Counted from the stretch's first letter, positions 9,235-19,970 are shown. The stretch: DNA of 64,000 nt from Bacteroidota bacterium (GCA_029547265.1 JAKPPP010000426.1:9206-73205), one strand, 5' to 3'. A program made the numbers and translations. Notes: generated by a model not told the origin, from the sequence alone.

Positions 9235-9906
9235 ATGCAGCAACATACTGAAACGGAAGAAAACTACTTAAAGGCCATTTATCACCTTTCTAACGTGACT
9301 ATCAGTTCCGTCAATACTTCATCGATTGCTACTTCTATGTCGACTACATCGGCATCGGTAACCGATATGCTTAAAAAGTTGGCGGATAAGGAATTGATTA
9401 ATTACGAAAAATACAAAGGCGTTAAAATCACTCGTAAGGGTGAAAAAGTAGCTTTAAATATTATTCGTAAGCATCGATTATGGGAGGTGTTTTTAACGAA
9501 GGTTTTGAAGTTTGAATGGGACGAAGTGCATACTATGGCCGAAGAATTAGAACATGTGAGCAGCGACGAACTTATAAAGCGACTTGAAGCTTATCTCGAC
9601 TTTCCAAAATTTGATCCACATGGCGATCCTATTCCTGATCAAACAGGTAAACTTGAAATAAATGATCAGATGTCGCTTTCGAGTGGAGATGCCGGTGTAA
9701 AATATACTATCACAGGAGTTGGAGAACATAGCTCTGCGTTTCTAAAGCATCTAGCTAAATACGGATTAAAGCCGGGTATAACGGTAAGCATAGCCGAAAT
9801 AATGGAATTTGACAAAAGCATGCTAGTGAAAGTAAATAAAGAAAAATTCCATCTCAGTCTTGAAGTTTCTAAAAACATATTGGTAAAGAAATATGGAATC
9901 ATTTAA
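9235..9906 (+). CDS. DtxR/MntR-family metal-dependent transcriptional repressor with C-terminal FeoA/SH3-like domain
   Basis: TEENYLKAIYHL N-terminus, winged-helix region, RKHRLWEVFL dimerisation helix and a C-terminal FeoA-like domain. It overlaps the transporter gene by 14 nt. Confidence 0.85.
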   Translation: MQQHTETEENYLKAIYHLSNVTISSVNTSSIATSMSTTSASVTDMLKKLADKELINYEKYKGVKITRKGEKVALNIIRKHRLWEVFLTKVLKFEWDEVHTMAEELEHVSSDELIKRLEAYLDFPKFDPHGDPIPDQTGKLEINDQMSLSSGDAGVKYTITGVGEHSSAFLKHLAKYGLKPGITVSIAEIMEFDKSMLVKVNKEKFHLSLEVSKNILVKKYGII

Positions 9907-11770
9907 CAGTTCATCATTATCGGAAGTTCATGGCACGGTACATATAAAGCCCGGAATGAGCTTCAAGAAAAAACTTTTGGCCTTTATTGGTCCCGCTTAT
10001 ATGGTTAGTGTTGGCTATATGGATCCGGGTAATTGGGCAACTGATATAGCAGGAGGAAGTCAATTTGGATATAAGCTCATTTGGGTATTATTAATGTCGA
10101 ATTTAATGGCATTATTACTCCAAGGATTAAGTGCCCGTCTAGGCGTTGTTCGCGGAAGAGATCTTGCACAAGCGTCTAGAGAGTTATATCCTAAATATAT
10201 TAATTACTATCTATATATTTTAGCTGAAATTGCGATTGCAGCTTGCGATTTAGCCGAAGTATTGGGAATGGCCATTGGATTAAAACTCCTCTTTAATATT
10301 CCGCTTTTATGGGGAGTAGTCATTTGTGCATTCGACACCTTCCTCCTATTATTTCTTTTACATTACGGAATTCGCAAAATGGAAGCATTTATCATTTCAT
10401 TAGTTGCGATGATAGGATTAGCTTTCATTGCTCAAATGTTTATGGCGAATCCTTCAGTAACTGAAATTGCGGGAGGATTTATTCCTTCCCTACCGAATTC
10501 CGCAGCCTTATATATTGCAATCGGAATTATTGGTGCCACCGTAATGCCTCACAATTTGTATTTGCATTCGGCTTTAGTGCAGACGAGAAAATTCGAGAGA
10601 ACACCTTCTGAAATAAGAACTGCATTACGATTCAATTTCATAGATAGCGGTATTGCGTTGAACATGGCATTTTTTGTGAATGCTGCAATTTTAATTCTAG
10701 CAGCATCCGTATTTCATAGTAATGGTAAATATGATGTAGCGGATATTATGGATGCACATCGACTTTTAGAACCATTATTAGGGAGTAAATTAGCTCCTGC
10801 GCTGTTTGCGATTGCGTTAATCTGCGCCGGACAAAGCTCAACCATCACCGGAACATTAGCGGGACAAATTGTAATGGAAGGATATTTAAACTTGAGAATA
10901 GCTCCTTGGATTAGAAGAATTATCACGCGATTTGTTGCCATTACCCCTGCCCTTATCACCATTCACTATATGGGAGAAGAAGGAACAGGAAAACTATTAA
11001 TTCTTTCGCAGGTAATATTGAGTTTACAACTAGGATTTGCTGTAATTCCTTTGATTCACTTCGTAAGTGATCAAGAAAAAATGAAAGAATTTGTAATACC
11101 TCGATATGTGCAATTCGCGTCGTGGTTATGCGCAGCAATCATTGTTGGACTTAACATCAAACTTGTTGTTGATCAAATTAATGATTGGCTAACCGAATAC
11201 CCCGGTAATTCAATGATACAGTTTGTAGTAATTCCACTTACTATATTAAGTGGAGTTATTCTTCTTTACATTACGTTTATGCCATTATTTGTTTCTTCTC
11301 CGGGACGAAAAATTGCAATTCCTCATGGCGACTTTTTATCGTTCGATGAAAATGCTGCTAAGGTTCCTTCACGAATAGCCATCGCATTAGATTTCACTAA
11401 AACCGACGAAGAAGTTCTTCCTCAAGCCTTACATCAAGGAGGTAAACAAGCCACTTATATGTTGATGCACATTTCAGAAACAGCTGCAGCCTTACTACTG
11501 GGACGAGAAACACGAGATTATGAAAGTCAATTAGACCGCGAAAATTTAAAGAAGTACAAAGAATACCTAGAAAAATTAGGATACACTTGTGAAGTAAAAA
11601 TGGGATATGGAAGTCCACGAAAGGAAATTCCACGCCTCACCAAAGACTTTAACGCTGAATTATTAGTGATGGGTGCTCACGGACATAAAGCTTTAAAAGA
11701 TATTATTCTAGGCTCCACTATTGATGCAGTGCGACATAAATTAAATATTCCCATTCTGGTAGTTCGTTGA
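9893..11770 (+). CDS. mntH: Nramp-family divalent metal (Mn2+/Fe2+) transporter fused to a C-terminal universal stress protein (USP) domain
   Basis: GPAYMVSVGYMDPGNWATDIAGG and ATVMPHNLYLHS Nramp signatures cover about 440 aa. An extra TM segment follows, then about 140 aa of USP fold ending VMGAHGHKALKDIILGST, which matches G-2x-G-9x-G-S/T. Confidence 0.85.
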   Translation: MESFNSSSLSEVHGTVHIKPGMSFKKKLLAFIGPAYMVSVGYMDPGNWATDIAGGSQFGYKLIWVLLMSNLMALLLQGLSARLGVVRGRDLAQASRELYPKYINYYLYILAEIAIAACDLAEVLGMAIGLKLLFNIPLLWGVVICAFDTFLLLFLLHYGIRKMEAFIISLVAMIGLAFIAQMFMANPSVTEIAGGFIPSLPNSAALYIAIGIIGATVMPHNLYLHSALVQTRKFERTPSEIRTALRFNFIDSGIALNMAFFVNAAILILAASVFHSNGKYDVADIMDAHRLLEPLLGSKLAPALFAIALICAGQSSTITGTLAGQIVMEGYLNLRIAPWIRRIITRFVAITPALITIHYMGEEGTGKLLILSQVILSLQLGFAVIPLIHFVSDQEKMKEFVIPRYVQFASWLCAAIIVGLNIKLVVDQINDWLTEYPGNSMIQFVVIPLTILSGVILLYITFMPLFVSSPGRKIAIPHGDFLSFDENAAKVPSRIAIALDFTKTDEEVLPQALHQGGKQATYMLMHISETAAALLLGRETRDYESQLDRENLKKYKEYLEKLGYTCEVKMGYGSPRKEIPRLTKDFNAELLVMGAHGHKALKDIILGSTIDAVRHKLNIPILVVR

Positions 11771-11775
11771 AACAC

Positions 11776-11783
11776 TATCTTTG
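11776..11783 (+). promoter_or_regulatory. Bacteroidota -7 box TAtcTTTG for smpB
   Basis: Exact TAnnTTTG, starting 6 nt after the mntH stop and 14 nt before the smpB ATG at 11790. Confidence 0.4.
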
Positions 11784-11789
11784 CAAAGT

Positions 11790-12257
11790 ATGTCAGCGCC
11801 ACCGAACAGTAAAATCAATATTGTAAACAGAAGAGCTGCCTTCCACTACTTCATCACCGAAAGTTGGGAGGCGGGAGTTATGCTTACCGGTACTGAAGTA
11901 AAAGCTATACGCGACGGAAAAGCAAACTTATCTGATTCGTATTGTTATTTTCGTGATGAAGAACTGTGGATAAAAAATCTCCATATTTCGCCTTATGAGC
12001 ACGGTTCATATTCAAACCATGATCCGAAACGCGACCGAAAACTTTTGCTTCACAGAAATCAACTACGCAAAATTTTTGCAAAGACGAAAGAGAAAGGTGT
12101 AACTATTATTCCCGTTAAAATTTACGAGAGTGAACGAGGATTGATAAAGCTCGAGATTGGATTAGCCAGAGGTAAGAAACTTTACGACAAACGAGAAAGT
12201 CTTAAACAAGCCGACGCGAAAAGAGAAATCGGTCGTGCAATGAAAGATTTCAACTAA
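11790..12257 (+). CDS. smpB: SsrA-binding protein SmpB
   Basis: INIVNRRAAFHYFI...EAGVMLTGTEVKAIR and the KLLLHRNQL motif. I prefer the ATG at 11790 over the TTG at 11781, which lies inside the -7 box. Confidence 0.9.
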   Translation: MSAPPNSKINIVNRRAAFHYFITESWEAGVMLTGTEVKAIRDGKANLSDSYCYFRDEELWIKNLHISPYEHGSYSNHDPKRDRKLLLHRNQLRKIFAKTKEKGVTIIPVKIYESERGLIKLEIGLARGKKLYDKRESLKQADAKREIGRAMKDFN

Positions 12258-12260
12258 ATA

Positions 12261-13298
12261 TTATTTTAGGAAGTCGCCGAAGTTAGTACTGATAGTAAAG
12301 TGATTACTTCCATCGAATGGTACGTACACGCTTTTAGCGTACGAAAACTGAAACTTACTAATTTTAAATCCTACACCTGCAGTCACTCCCGCAAGGCCTT
12401 TCTTCTCCGACAAAGCCAATTCCTTACGGCGTAAGAAATTATATCCTAATCTAACATTAAAATTCTTAGTGAATAAAACTTCCACATTCAATATTGCATG
12501 ACGGATTAATTTATCACCAAGAGTAATATTCTCTACTTTATTCTCTCCTGTCAATGGATCAATTCCATTTTGATTAGGGTCTTTGTAAGTAATATCGAAT
12601 TTCTGCAACTGTTGACCGATTAACGAAAATCTGAAAGGTGCATTCAACAACTTCTTTGATATTCCTGCTTGAATTTCAAAAGGTAAATCTTCTTTCTCTG
12701 CTCCATCATATTTCTTTAATTGAGTACCGAAATTCTTCGCTACCAAAGTTGCACAGAATAACTTATCGGGATTATAATAAGTCAATGCAACATCTGCAGC
12801 CACTCCGTTAGAAGTATTTCCCTGACCCATATTAGAGAAAATTCCCTTTAAGGTAGTTCCGATATAAAGGTTGCTGTCGAGGGCTTTACTCCAAGTCACT
12901 CCTACTGCATTTTCACTTGCTTTAAAACTGCCGATTTCCATGCTGGTTTCATCGGTTTCTTTAAAGGTTCCATAATTCACGAAATGGAGAAACCCCGCAA
13001 TGGTCCCAAATTTATTTAAGTTATGAGCGTAGATAACATCTCCAAACTTAATTCCTGCTACATGACCGACGTAGCTGATAGAAAGCTGACGATGCATGTA
13101 CGGCTGTAACTGCGAAGGATTCTGCAGTACCAATGATACATCGTCAGCATGTGTTGCAATTGCATTACCGCCTAATCCTGCGGAACGCGCGGGACTAACG
13201 AGATTTAAAAACTCAAACGTATTATTCCCACCCGACTGCCCGTAAACGACAGCAGATGAAAAAACAAACAGAAGAATTGCGAAATATTTAAATCTCAT
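12261..13298 (-). CDS. porQ: Type IX secretion system outer-membrane protein, PorQ-like
   Basis: 345 aa. Signal peptide, then GGNNTFEFLNLVSPARSAGLGGN, the N-terminal motif I associate with PorQ, followed by a beta-barrel-like alternating pattern ending in F-L-K. Confidence 0.6.
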   Translation of the reverse strand: MRFKYFAILLFVFSSAVVYGQSGGNNTFEFLNLVSPARSAGLGGNAIATHADDVSLVLQNPSQLQPYMHRQLSISYVGHVAGIKFGDVIYAHNLNKFGTIAGFLHFVNYGTFKETDETSMEIGSFKASENAVGVTWSKALDSNLYIGTTLKGIFSNMGQGNTSNGVAADVALTYYNPDKLFCATLVAKNFGTQLKKYDGAEKEDLPFEIQAGISKKLLNAPFRFSLIGQQLQKFDITYKDPNQNGIDPLTGENKVENITLGDKLIRHAILNVEVLFTKNFNVRLGYNFLRRKELALSEKKGLAGVTAGVGFKISKFQFSYAKSVYVPFDGSNHFTISTNFGDFLK

Positions 13299-13353
13299 AG
13301 GTTAGCGGTTAGTTTTAAGAAACGAAAATCTCTTAATAGTATTGTACCAAATT

Positions 13354-14625
13354 CTAGTACAAAGGATATTTCTCCATAAACTTATTGACCTCATCTCGAA
13401 CTTTCATGATCACCTTTTCATTATCGTGATTCATTAGCACCTTATCGATCAATTTAACGATAGTTTTCATTTGGGCTTCTTTCATACCACGGCTGGTAAT
13501 AGCAGCGGTACCGATACGAATTCCGCTAGTTACAAACGGGCTCTTATCATCGAAAGGAACCATGTTTTTATTGATGGTGATATCAGCAAGTACTAAAGCG
13601 TTTTCGGCTTGTTTACCTGATATATTTTTATTGCGAAGGTCGATAAGCATCATGTGATTATCGGTTCCTCCAGAAATAATTTGATACCCTTTCTCATTAA
13701 ATGCTGCAGCCATAGCTTTAGCATTTCTAACCACCTGAATTGTATATTTCAAATATTCATCAGTCAATGCTTCACCAAAAGCAATTGCTTTTGCAGCAAT
13801 TACGTGTTCAAGTGGACCACCTTGTGTTCCAGGGAAAACAGCAGCATCCAATAATGAACTCATCGATTTAATCTCGCCTTTCGGAGTAGTTAAGCCGAAT
13901 GGATTAGGAAAATCTTTTCCCATCATGATTAGTCCGCCGCGAGGCCCACGTAAAGTTTTGTGAGTCGTGGTAGTTACAATATGACAATAAGGTAACGGAT
14001 CATTTAAAATACCTTTAGCTATTAGTCCTGAAGGATGCGAAATATCACCAAGTAATAAAGCACCTACTTTATCAGCAATCTTTCTTAAGCGAGCATAATC
14101 CCAATCACGAGAATAAGCCGATGCACCACAAATTATTAATTGAGGTTTTTCTTTTTTAGCCGTTGCTTCTAACTTATCATAATTAATCAAGCCTGTTGCT
14201 TTCTCAACACCATAGAAGCATGTTTGGTAAAATTTACCACTGAAATTTACAGGAGAGCCATGAGTTAAATGTCCACCGTGTGATAAATCGAATCCCATGA
14301 TTTTATCACCCGGCTTCAATACAGCCAACATAACTGCAGCATTAGCTTGAGCTCCTGAATGAGGTTGAACATTCGCCCAAACAGCACCAAATAATTCCTT
14401 TGCACGATCAATGGCAATTTGCTCAATTTGATCTACGATCTCACAACCACCGTAATAACGTTTTCCCGGTAATCCTTCAGCGTATTTATTGGTAAGGCAA
14501 GAACCCATAGCTTGCATAACTTGCTTCGATACAAAATTCTCGGAAGCAATTAATTCAATCCCGTGTCGTTGACGTTTCAATTCCTTATTGATCAGGCTGA
14601 AAATGCGGGTATCTTTCGTAATCAT
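13354..14625 (-). CDS. glyA: Serine hydroxymethyltransferase
   Basis: [21 protein letters not shown], and [14 protein letters not shown] with the PLP lysine. Confidence 0.95.
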   Translation of the reverse strand: MITKDTRIFSLINKELKRQRHGIELIASENFVSKQVMQAMGSCLTNKYAEGLPGKRYYGGCEIVDQIEQIAIDRAKELFGAVWANVQPHSGAQANAAVMLAVLKPGDKIMGFDLSHGGHLTHGSPVNFSGKFYQTCFYGVEKATGLINYDKLEATAKKEKPQLIICGASAYSRDWDYARLRKIADKVGALLLGDISHPSGLIAKGILNDPLPYCHIVTTTTHKTLRGPRGGLIMMGKDFPNPFGLTTPKGEIKSMSSLLDAAVFPGTQGGPLEHVIAAKAIAFGEALTDEYLKYTIQVVRNAKAMAAAFNEKGYQIISGGTDNHMMLIDLRNKNISGKQAENALVLADITINKNMVPFDDKSPFVTSGIRIGTAAITSRGMKEAQMKTIVKLIDKVLMNHDNEKVIMKVRDEVNKFMEKYPLY

Positions 14626-14652
14626 AATTATATATATTCTGTATTTATTTTT

Positions 14653-15648
14653 TTAACTGAAATCAATTTCGGTACTGTCACCGATATTCAAGCTTTGGCT
14701 TAATCCTTTCAAGTATGCATCGCTGCCGATTACACTTTGATGCAAAATGGCTGTCTCCAATTGAGAATAAGATCCGATGATAGAATCACTCAAAATAGAA
14801 TGTCGAATAATAGTATTCTCCCCTATCGAAACATTCGGACCAATAATAGAATCGCTAATATCACAATTTGGAGCTATACTCACCGGAGGAATAATAATAG
14901 TATTATTGTAATGATATCGTTGCTTATTCACATCTGCATTACGTTTCAGCAAGGTGGCATTTGTTTCGAGTAGATTTGCCTTACCACCGCAATCGAACCA
15001 GTTTCCAACTTGAAACGTTCCAATTTTTTCACCGTTCGTAATTAATCGCTGGATGCCCATCGTTAAATGAAACTCATCATTTTGGCGCATATCATTTCGA
15101 ATGATATGATCCATAGCTTCCATCAATTTACCTCCATTTTTCAGTCGGTAAATCCCCACTAAGGCCAAGTTAGATTTAGGGATAGATGGTTTTTCATCAA
15201 GTTTAGTAATGAATCCTTTATCATCAACTTCAGCAACACCGAATTGGCGTGGGTCTTCAACTTTCTTCACTCCCAAAGCCGAATATTCCATCGACAAAAG
15301 CGTACGCAAATCGTAATCGATAATCGTATCACCCAAAACGATTAATAATTCATCGCCATCTTTAACAAGATCTCTCGCTAACCAAACCGCATGTCCGGTT
15401 CCCTCGCGCGGCTCTTGCACCACGAAAGAAGCTTTTAACGAAGGATATTTGGTCTTGACATAATCCTCGATTTTATCACCTAAATAACCGATAATAAAAA
15501 TGAACTCTTTATTACCGCCTTCAATTAGGTAATCAACGATATGCGACAAAATTGGTTTACCGGCTACCGGAACCAGGGCTTTTGGTTGCGTATGAGTATG
15601 GGGCCTAAGCTTACTACCAATACCGGCTACAGGGATAATTATCTTCAT
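14653..15648 (-). CDS. Sugar-phosphate nucleotidyltransferase with C-terminal left-handed beta-helix
   Basis: MKIIIPVAGIGSKLRPHTHTQPKALVPV (G-x-G-x-R-L signature), and C-terminal hexapeptide repeats such as IGPNVSIGENTII. Confidence 0.7.
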   Translation of the reverse strand: MKIIIPVAGIGSKLRPHTHTQPKALVPVAGKPILSHIVDYLIEGGNKEFIFIIGYLGDKIEDYVKTKYPSLKASFVVQEPREGTGHAVWLARDLVKDGDELLIVLGDTIIDYDLRTLLSMEYSALGVKKVEDPRQFGVAEVDDKGFITKLDEKPSIPKSNLALVGIYRLKNGGKLMEAMDHIIRNDMRQNDEFHLTMGIQRLITNGEKIGTFQVGNWFDCGGKANLLETNATLLKRNADVNKQRYHYNNTIIIPPVSIAPNCDISDSIIGPNVSIGENTIIRHSILSDSIIGSYSQLETAILHQSVIGSDAYLKGLSQSLNIGDSTEIDFS

Positions 15649-15842
15649 AATGAGTGGGTAAAATTAACAAAATCATCAGAAGAAATCGCTCGATTTATCA
15701 CTTCTTTTCAACTGTGTTGTAACGTTCTCGAAAAATTTACAGATATCACAGATAAAAATAATTAACAATGCCCTATTGAAATTAAAAATCAACCTCCCCT
15801 ATTTGACCTGAATTAATGCTAACATTCAACTAATTTCGTAGC

Positions 15843-16436
15843 ATGATATTGGTGAAATCAGCAATTACGCTGACGACTTTACTTTTGCTGATAATAGTGA
15901 TTAACTATTTCAGTTTTGAGCAATGTGGCCGTAGTCACCTGATTAATGTAGATTCAGACATAAAACCGGGAACTTACGTCCTTGTTCCGGGTGCAGGAAG
16001 AGATTATCCCAACGGACGACGTCCCAATTATTTCTTTCTAGGTCGAATGAGCAAAACAGCGGAATTGCATAAAGCACAACCACAGTTAAAAATCATTCTT
16101 AGCGGAATAGCCGATGGACATCATTACAACGAAGCTATCGACATGCGGAAAGATTTGCTGCTCAGAGGAGTAGATTCAACAGCAATGATTTTGGACAATG
16201 GAAGTGCGGACACGTATGAGACTATTCGCATGTACGATGAACATTACAAGCATAATCCTGTAATAATTATCAGCCAAAAAGAGCATTTATTCAGGGCATT
16301 ATGGTTAGCTGAAAAATCAGGATTAAAAGCGGAAGGAATCATTGCCGATGGCAATCCCTATGGTACTCCGCGTTGGTTTATTGTAAGAGAAATGCTTGCC
16401 CGAATGAAGGCACGTTACGATATATTAATGCAATAA
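15843..16436 (+). CDS. SanA/YdcF (DUF218) family protein
   Basis: N-terminal TM anchor and the VLVPGAG...LSG...NEA pattern of the SanA/DUF218 family. A near-consensus TAatTTcG box sits 12 nt upstream. Confidence 0.65.
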   Translation: MILVKSAITLTTLLLLIIVINYFSFEQCGRSHLINVDSDIKPGTYVLVPGAGRDYPNGRRPNYFFLGRMSKTAELHKAQPQLKIILSGIADGHHYNEAIDMRKDLLLRGVDSTAMILDNGSADTYETIRMYDEHYKHNPVIIISQKEHLFRALWLAEKSGLKAEGIIADGNPYGTPRWFIVREMLARMKARYDILMQ

Positions 16437-16446
16437 AAATGCAAAG

Positions 16447-17397
16447 ATGAAAAACAGAATTACTGAATTATTCAAAATCAAATATCCGATTATCCAAGCA
16501 GGAATGATTTGGTGCAGCGGATGGAAATTAGCATCGGCGGTAAGTAATGCCGGAGGACTCGGAATTATTGGTGCGGGATCGATGTATCCTGAAGTATTAA
16601 GAGAGCATATTCAGAAATGTAAAGCGGCCACAAATCATCATTTTGCAGTGAATTTGCCTTTGCTTTATCCGAATATCAACGAACATATTTCCATTATAAT
16701 TGAAGAGAAAGTTCCAATTGTTTTCACCTCGGCCGGAAATCCAGCCACATGGACTAAGCACTTAAAAGACCAAGGTATAACTGTTGTTCATGTTATAGCG
16801 AATACAAAATTTGCACTTAAAGCAGAGGCAGCGGGTGTTGATGCAATTGTTGCTGAAGGATTTGAAGCCGGAGGACATAATGGTAGAGAAGAAACAACAA
16901 CACTTTGTTTAATTCCTTTGATTAAAGACACAGTTAAAATTCCGGTAATTGCAGCAGGTGGAATTGGTGATGGAAGAGCAATGATGGCATGCTTTGCATT
17001 AGGAGCGGAAGCCGTACAAATAGGATCAAGATTTGTGACGAGTATAGAATCATCAGCACATGATAATTTCAAAAACATAATCGTCAATAGTAAAGAAGGA
17101 GATACATTGCTTACAATGAAAGAACTTACTCCTGTACGATTAATTAAAAACAAGTTCTATAAAGAAATTGAAGCAGCAGAAGAACGAGGTGCGAGTCTTG
17201 AAGAAATCAAAGAAATACTAGGTCGCGCTCGAGCGAAAAAAGGCATGTTCGAAGGAGATCTTGATGAAGGAGAATTAGAAATCGGACAAGTATCAGCCAA
17301 CATCAATGAAGTAAAACCAGCAGGAGAAATTGTTCGAGAAATTTGGAATGATTTTATTAAAACACAACAACAAATTGCTGCAATTAATGCAGACTAG
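16447..17397 (+). CDS. Nitronate monooxygenase / FabK-like NAD(P)H-dependent flavin oxidoreductase
   Basis: YPIIQAGMIWCSG, EGFEAGGH and IAAGGIGDGR motifs of the NMO (2-nitropropane dioxygenase) family. Confidence 0.75.
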   Translation: MKNRITELFKIKYPIIQAGMIWCSGWKLASAVSNAGGLGIIGAGSMYPEVLREHIQKCKAATNHHFAVNLPLLYPNINEHISIIIEEKVPIVFTSAGNPATWTKHLKDQGITVVHVIANTKFALKAEAAGVDAIVAEGFEAGGHNGREETTTLCLIPLIKDTVKIPVIAAGGIGDGRAMMACFALGAEAVQIGSRFVTSIESSAHDNFKNIIVNSKEGDTLLTMKELTPVRLIKNKFYKEIEAAEERGASLEEIKEILGRARAKKGMFEGDLDEGELEIGQVSANINEVKPAGEIVREIWNDFIKTQQQIAAINAD

Positions 17398-17402
17398 ATA
17401 AT

Positions 17403-18644
17403 ATGTTACACTACGAAAAATTCACTCTTGAAAATGGACTAACTGTCATTGTTCACGAGGATAAAAGCACACCATTGGTTGCTTTAAATATACTCTATAA
17501 AGTAGGTGCAAGAGATGAAGACCCAGACAAAACCGGATTTGCACATTTATTCGAGCACTTAATGTTTGGAGGTTCTATCAATATTCCGAATTACGACGAG
17601 CCGTTGCAACTTGCGGGAGGAGAAAACAACGCATTTACAAACAACGATATTACCAACTATTACCTAACAATTCCTGCTACTAATTTAGAGACCGCTTTTT
17701 GGTTAGAATCAGACAGAATGTTAAGCCTTGCATTTACCGAGAAGAGTTTAGAAGTGCAACGAAATGTAGTAATTGAAGAATTCAAACAACGCTATTTAAA
17801 TCAACCATATGGTGACGTATGGCTAAAACTTCGTCCCTTAGCTTATAAAGTGCATCCCTACCAATGGGCTACCATCGGAAAAGTCACTGAACATATTGAA
17901 GAAGCCACTTTGGATTATGTTAAAGCCTTCTTTAAAAAATGGTATGCACCCAACAATGCAGTGATGACGATTGCAGGAAATTGCAGTCTGGAAAGAGCTA
18001 AAGAATTGTGCAACAAATGGTTTACACCTATTCCGGCGGTTAATGTCCCGGTAAGGGATCTACCTAAAGAGCCTGTGCAGACCGAAATGAGAGAATTAAA
18101 TGTCAGCAATGACGTTCCAACCGATCATATTTATTTAGCATTTCATTGCTGTTCGAGATACGATTCCGATTTTTACGCAACTGACTTATTATCAGATGTT
18201 TTATCGAGAGGAAAATCATCGAGGATGTACCAAAAATTGGTAAAAGAACAGAAATTATTTACTGATATCGGTGCCTATATGATGGGGGAACTCGACGAAA
18301 GCTTATTTGTAGTAGAAGGCAAATTAGTCAACGGAATTTCCATTGAATCTGCAGAAAATGCAATTTTCGACATATTAGAAACAGCAAAAACGGATGTTTC
18401 AGAAACCGAATTATTGAAGGTTAAAAACAAAGCTCTAGCATCTTTAGTATTTTCAGAAATGAGTATTGGCAACAAAGCACTCAACCTCGCCTACTTTGAA
18501 ATGCTTGGAAATGCAGACATGGCAAACCAACAAGAAAATCTATATAATTCAGTTAGTAGTGACCAAATTAAGGCCATTGCTAAAAGAATACTAGTAAAAT
18601 CAAATTGTTCAATTTTAAGATATCAGGCTAAACAACATGCTTAA
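17403..18644 (+). CDS. M16-family zinc peptidase (catalytic subunit)
   Basis: Inverted zinc motif HLFEHLMF (HxxEH) with a downstream E. About 410 aa. Confidence 0.85.
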   Translation: MLHYEKFTLENGLTVIVHEDKSTPLVALNILYKVGARDEDPDKTGFAHLFEHLMFGGSINIPNYDEPLQLAGGENNAFTNNDITNYYLTIPATNLETAFWLESDRMLSLAFTEKSLEVQRNVVIEEFKQRYLNQPYGDVWLKLRPLAYKVHPYQWATIGKVTEHIEEATLDYVKAFFKKWYAPNNAVMTIAGNCSLERAKELCNKWFTPIPAVNVPVRDLPKEPVQTEMRELNVSNDVPTDHIYLAFHCCSRYDSDFYATDLLSDVLSRGKSSRMYQKLVKEQKLFTDIGAYMMGELDESLFVVEGKLVNGISIESAENAIFDILETAKTDVSETELLKVKNKALASLVFSEMSIGNKALNLAYFEMLGNADMANQQENLYNSVSSDQIKAIAKRILVKSNCSILRYQAKQHA

Positions 18645-19908
18645 CAGAACCATATCACCAGAAATCCCTAAACCGGAAAAAATCAGTATTCCCGAGCCTG
18701 AAATCACCACCTTGGAGAATGGCATCCCATTATTCAAAGTTAATTTAGGAACCCAAGATGTTATAAAAGTTGAACTTGTTTTTGATGCGGGAATCAATTA
18801 TTCAACTGCACCATTAATAGCTAATGCCACGAACGATATGTTAGATGAAGGAAGTGGCATCTATTCTTCAGCGCAAATAGCAGAAATGCTTGACATGTAT
18901 GGTGCTTATTTCCAAACTGACTGCGGCAACGATTTTGCTTCAGTTACACTCTACTCGCTAAGTAAATTCATCGATCAAACGCTTCCAATTTTCAATACAA
19001 TCGTAAGTGAACCGAATTTCGATAAAAACGAAATTTCAACATTCGCCATACAAGGAAAGCAAAGGTTGGCAGTTAGTTTAAACAAAGTTGATTTTCTGGC
19101 AAGAAGAAACTTCTTAAATTCTATTTATGGGGAAAACACAATTGTAGGAAAAATGGTAAAAGCTGAACATTATGATGCTTTAAACCATGATACATTATCA
19201 AATTTTTACAATGATCGATATAAGAAAGGATTAAAAGCAGTTGTAGTAGCCGGGAAGTTTACCAATGAAAATATTGAGTCAATTAAATCTCTTATTAAGA
19301 GCCTTGGTTTCAGTAAAAACGACTCGACAAATATCAATTCAGAAATTATATTAAATCCTGAAAAAATATATATAACTAAAAAAGACAGTGTTCAATCTGC
19401 AATAAGAATCGGTAAAAAGATGTTTAATCGAAAACACCCCGATTACTTCAGTTTTTCGATATTAAACACTGTCTTAGGTGGATATTTCGGATCGAGGTTG
19501 ATGTCGAACATTCGGGAAGATAAAGGATATACTTATGGCATAGGATCGGGGCTCGCAACCAACCTAAAAGATGGCTACTTTTTCATATCAACGGAAGTCG
19601 GATCTGACGTTTGTAAAGACGCTATCAAAGAAATTTACTTTGAAACCGAGCGTTTGAGAAACGAAAAAATACCAACAGATGAACTCCGCTTAGTTAAGAA
19701 CTATTTGTTCGGTGCCTTCCAAAGAAGTATTGATGGACCATTTGCGCTAGCCGATAGACAGAAATCACTTTACCTCAACTCACTAACAAACAGTCACTTA
19801 GAGCAATATTTGACTATATTAGCGGAAATTACCCCTGAAAAGCTGTTAGAATGCGCCCAAAAGCACCTTGACCAATCCTTGTTTACAGAGGTAGTTGTCG
19901 GACCATAA
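18637..19908 (+). CDS. M16-family peptidase, non-catalytic partner
   Basis: Overlaps the previous gene by 8 nt. M16-like size and C-terminal-domain pattern (R/Y pair region GGYFGSRLMSNIREDKGYTYG), but no HxxEH motif. Confidence 0.7.
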   Translation: MLNRTISPEIPKPEKISIPEPEITTLENGIPLFKVNLGTQDVIKVELVFDAGINYSTAPLIANATNDMLDEGSGIYSSAQIAEMLDMYGAYFQTDCGNDFASVTLYSLSKFIDQTLPIFNTIVSEPNFDKNEISTFAIQGKQRLAVSLNKVDFLARRNFLNSIYGENTIVGKMVKAEHYDALNHDTLSNFYNDRYKKGLKAVVVAGKFTNENIESIKSLIKSLGFSKNDSTNINSEIILNPEKIYITKKDSVQSAIRIGKKMFNRKHPDYFSFSILNTVLGGYFGSRLMSNIREDKGYTYGIGSGLATNLKDGYFFISTEVGSDVCKDAIKEIYFETERLRNEKIPTDELRLVKNYLFGAFQRSIDGPFALADRQKSLYLNSLTNSHLEQYLTILAEITPEKLLECAQKHLDQSLFTEVVVGP

Positions 19909-19913
19909 TTTTT

Positions 19914-19945
19914 TTTGCACATTTAATAATTTCTTCATAAGTTTG
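19914..19945 (+). promoter_or_regulatory. Bacteroidota sigma-A promoter: -33 TTTG (19914-19917) and -7 TAagTTTG (19938-19945)
   Basis: Both elements are exact with a 20-nt spacer. The ATG of the giant gene is at 19971. Confidence 0.55.
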
Positions 19946-19970
19946 GCCTACACGCTTGACCAAAACAACT

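Noticed and set aside
17403-19908. The M16 peptidase pair as a dedicated maturation system for the adjacent giant surface protein
   Set aside because: The giant gene has its own consensus promoter, and paired M16 genes are widespread housekeeping in Bacteroidota. Adjacency alone does not support a functional link.
19956-19970. N-terminal extensions from non-ATG or upstream starts in the ORF track (19956, 29123, 30794, 3034, 11781, 37107, 43506, 33689, 53822)
   Set aside because: In each case a downstream ATG gives a canonical N-terminus (a signal peptide or a conserved family start). The extension also overlaps a promoter box, a terminator or the upstream gene.
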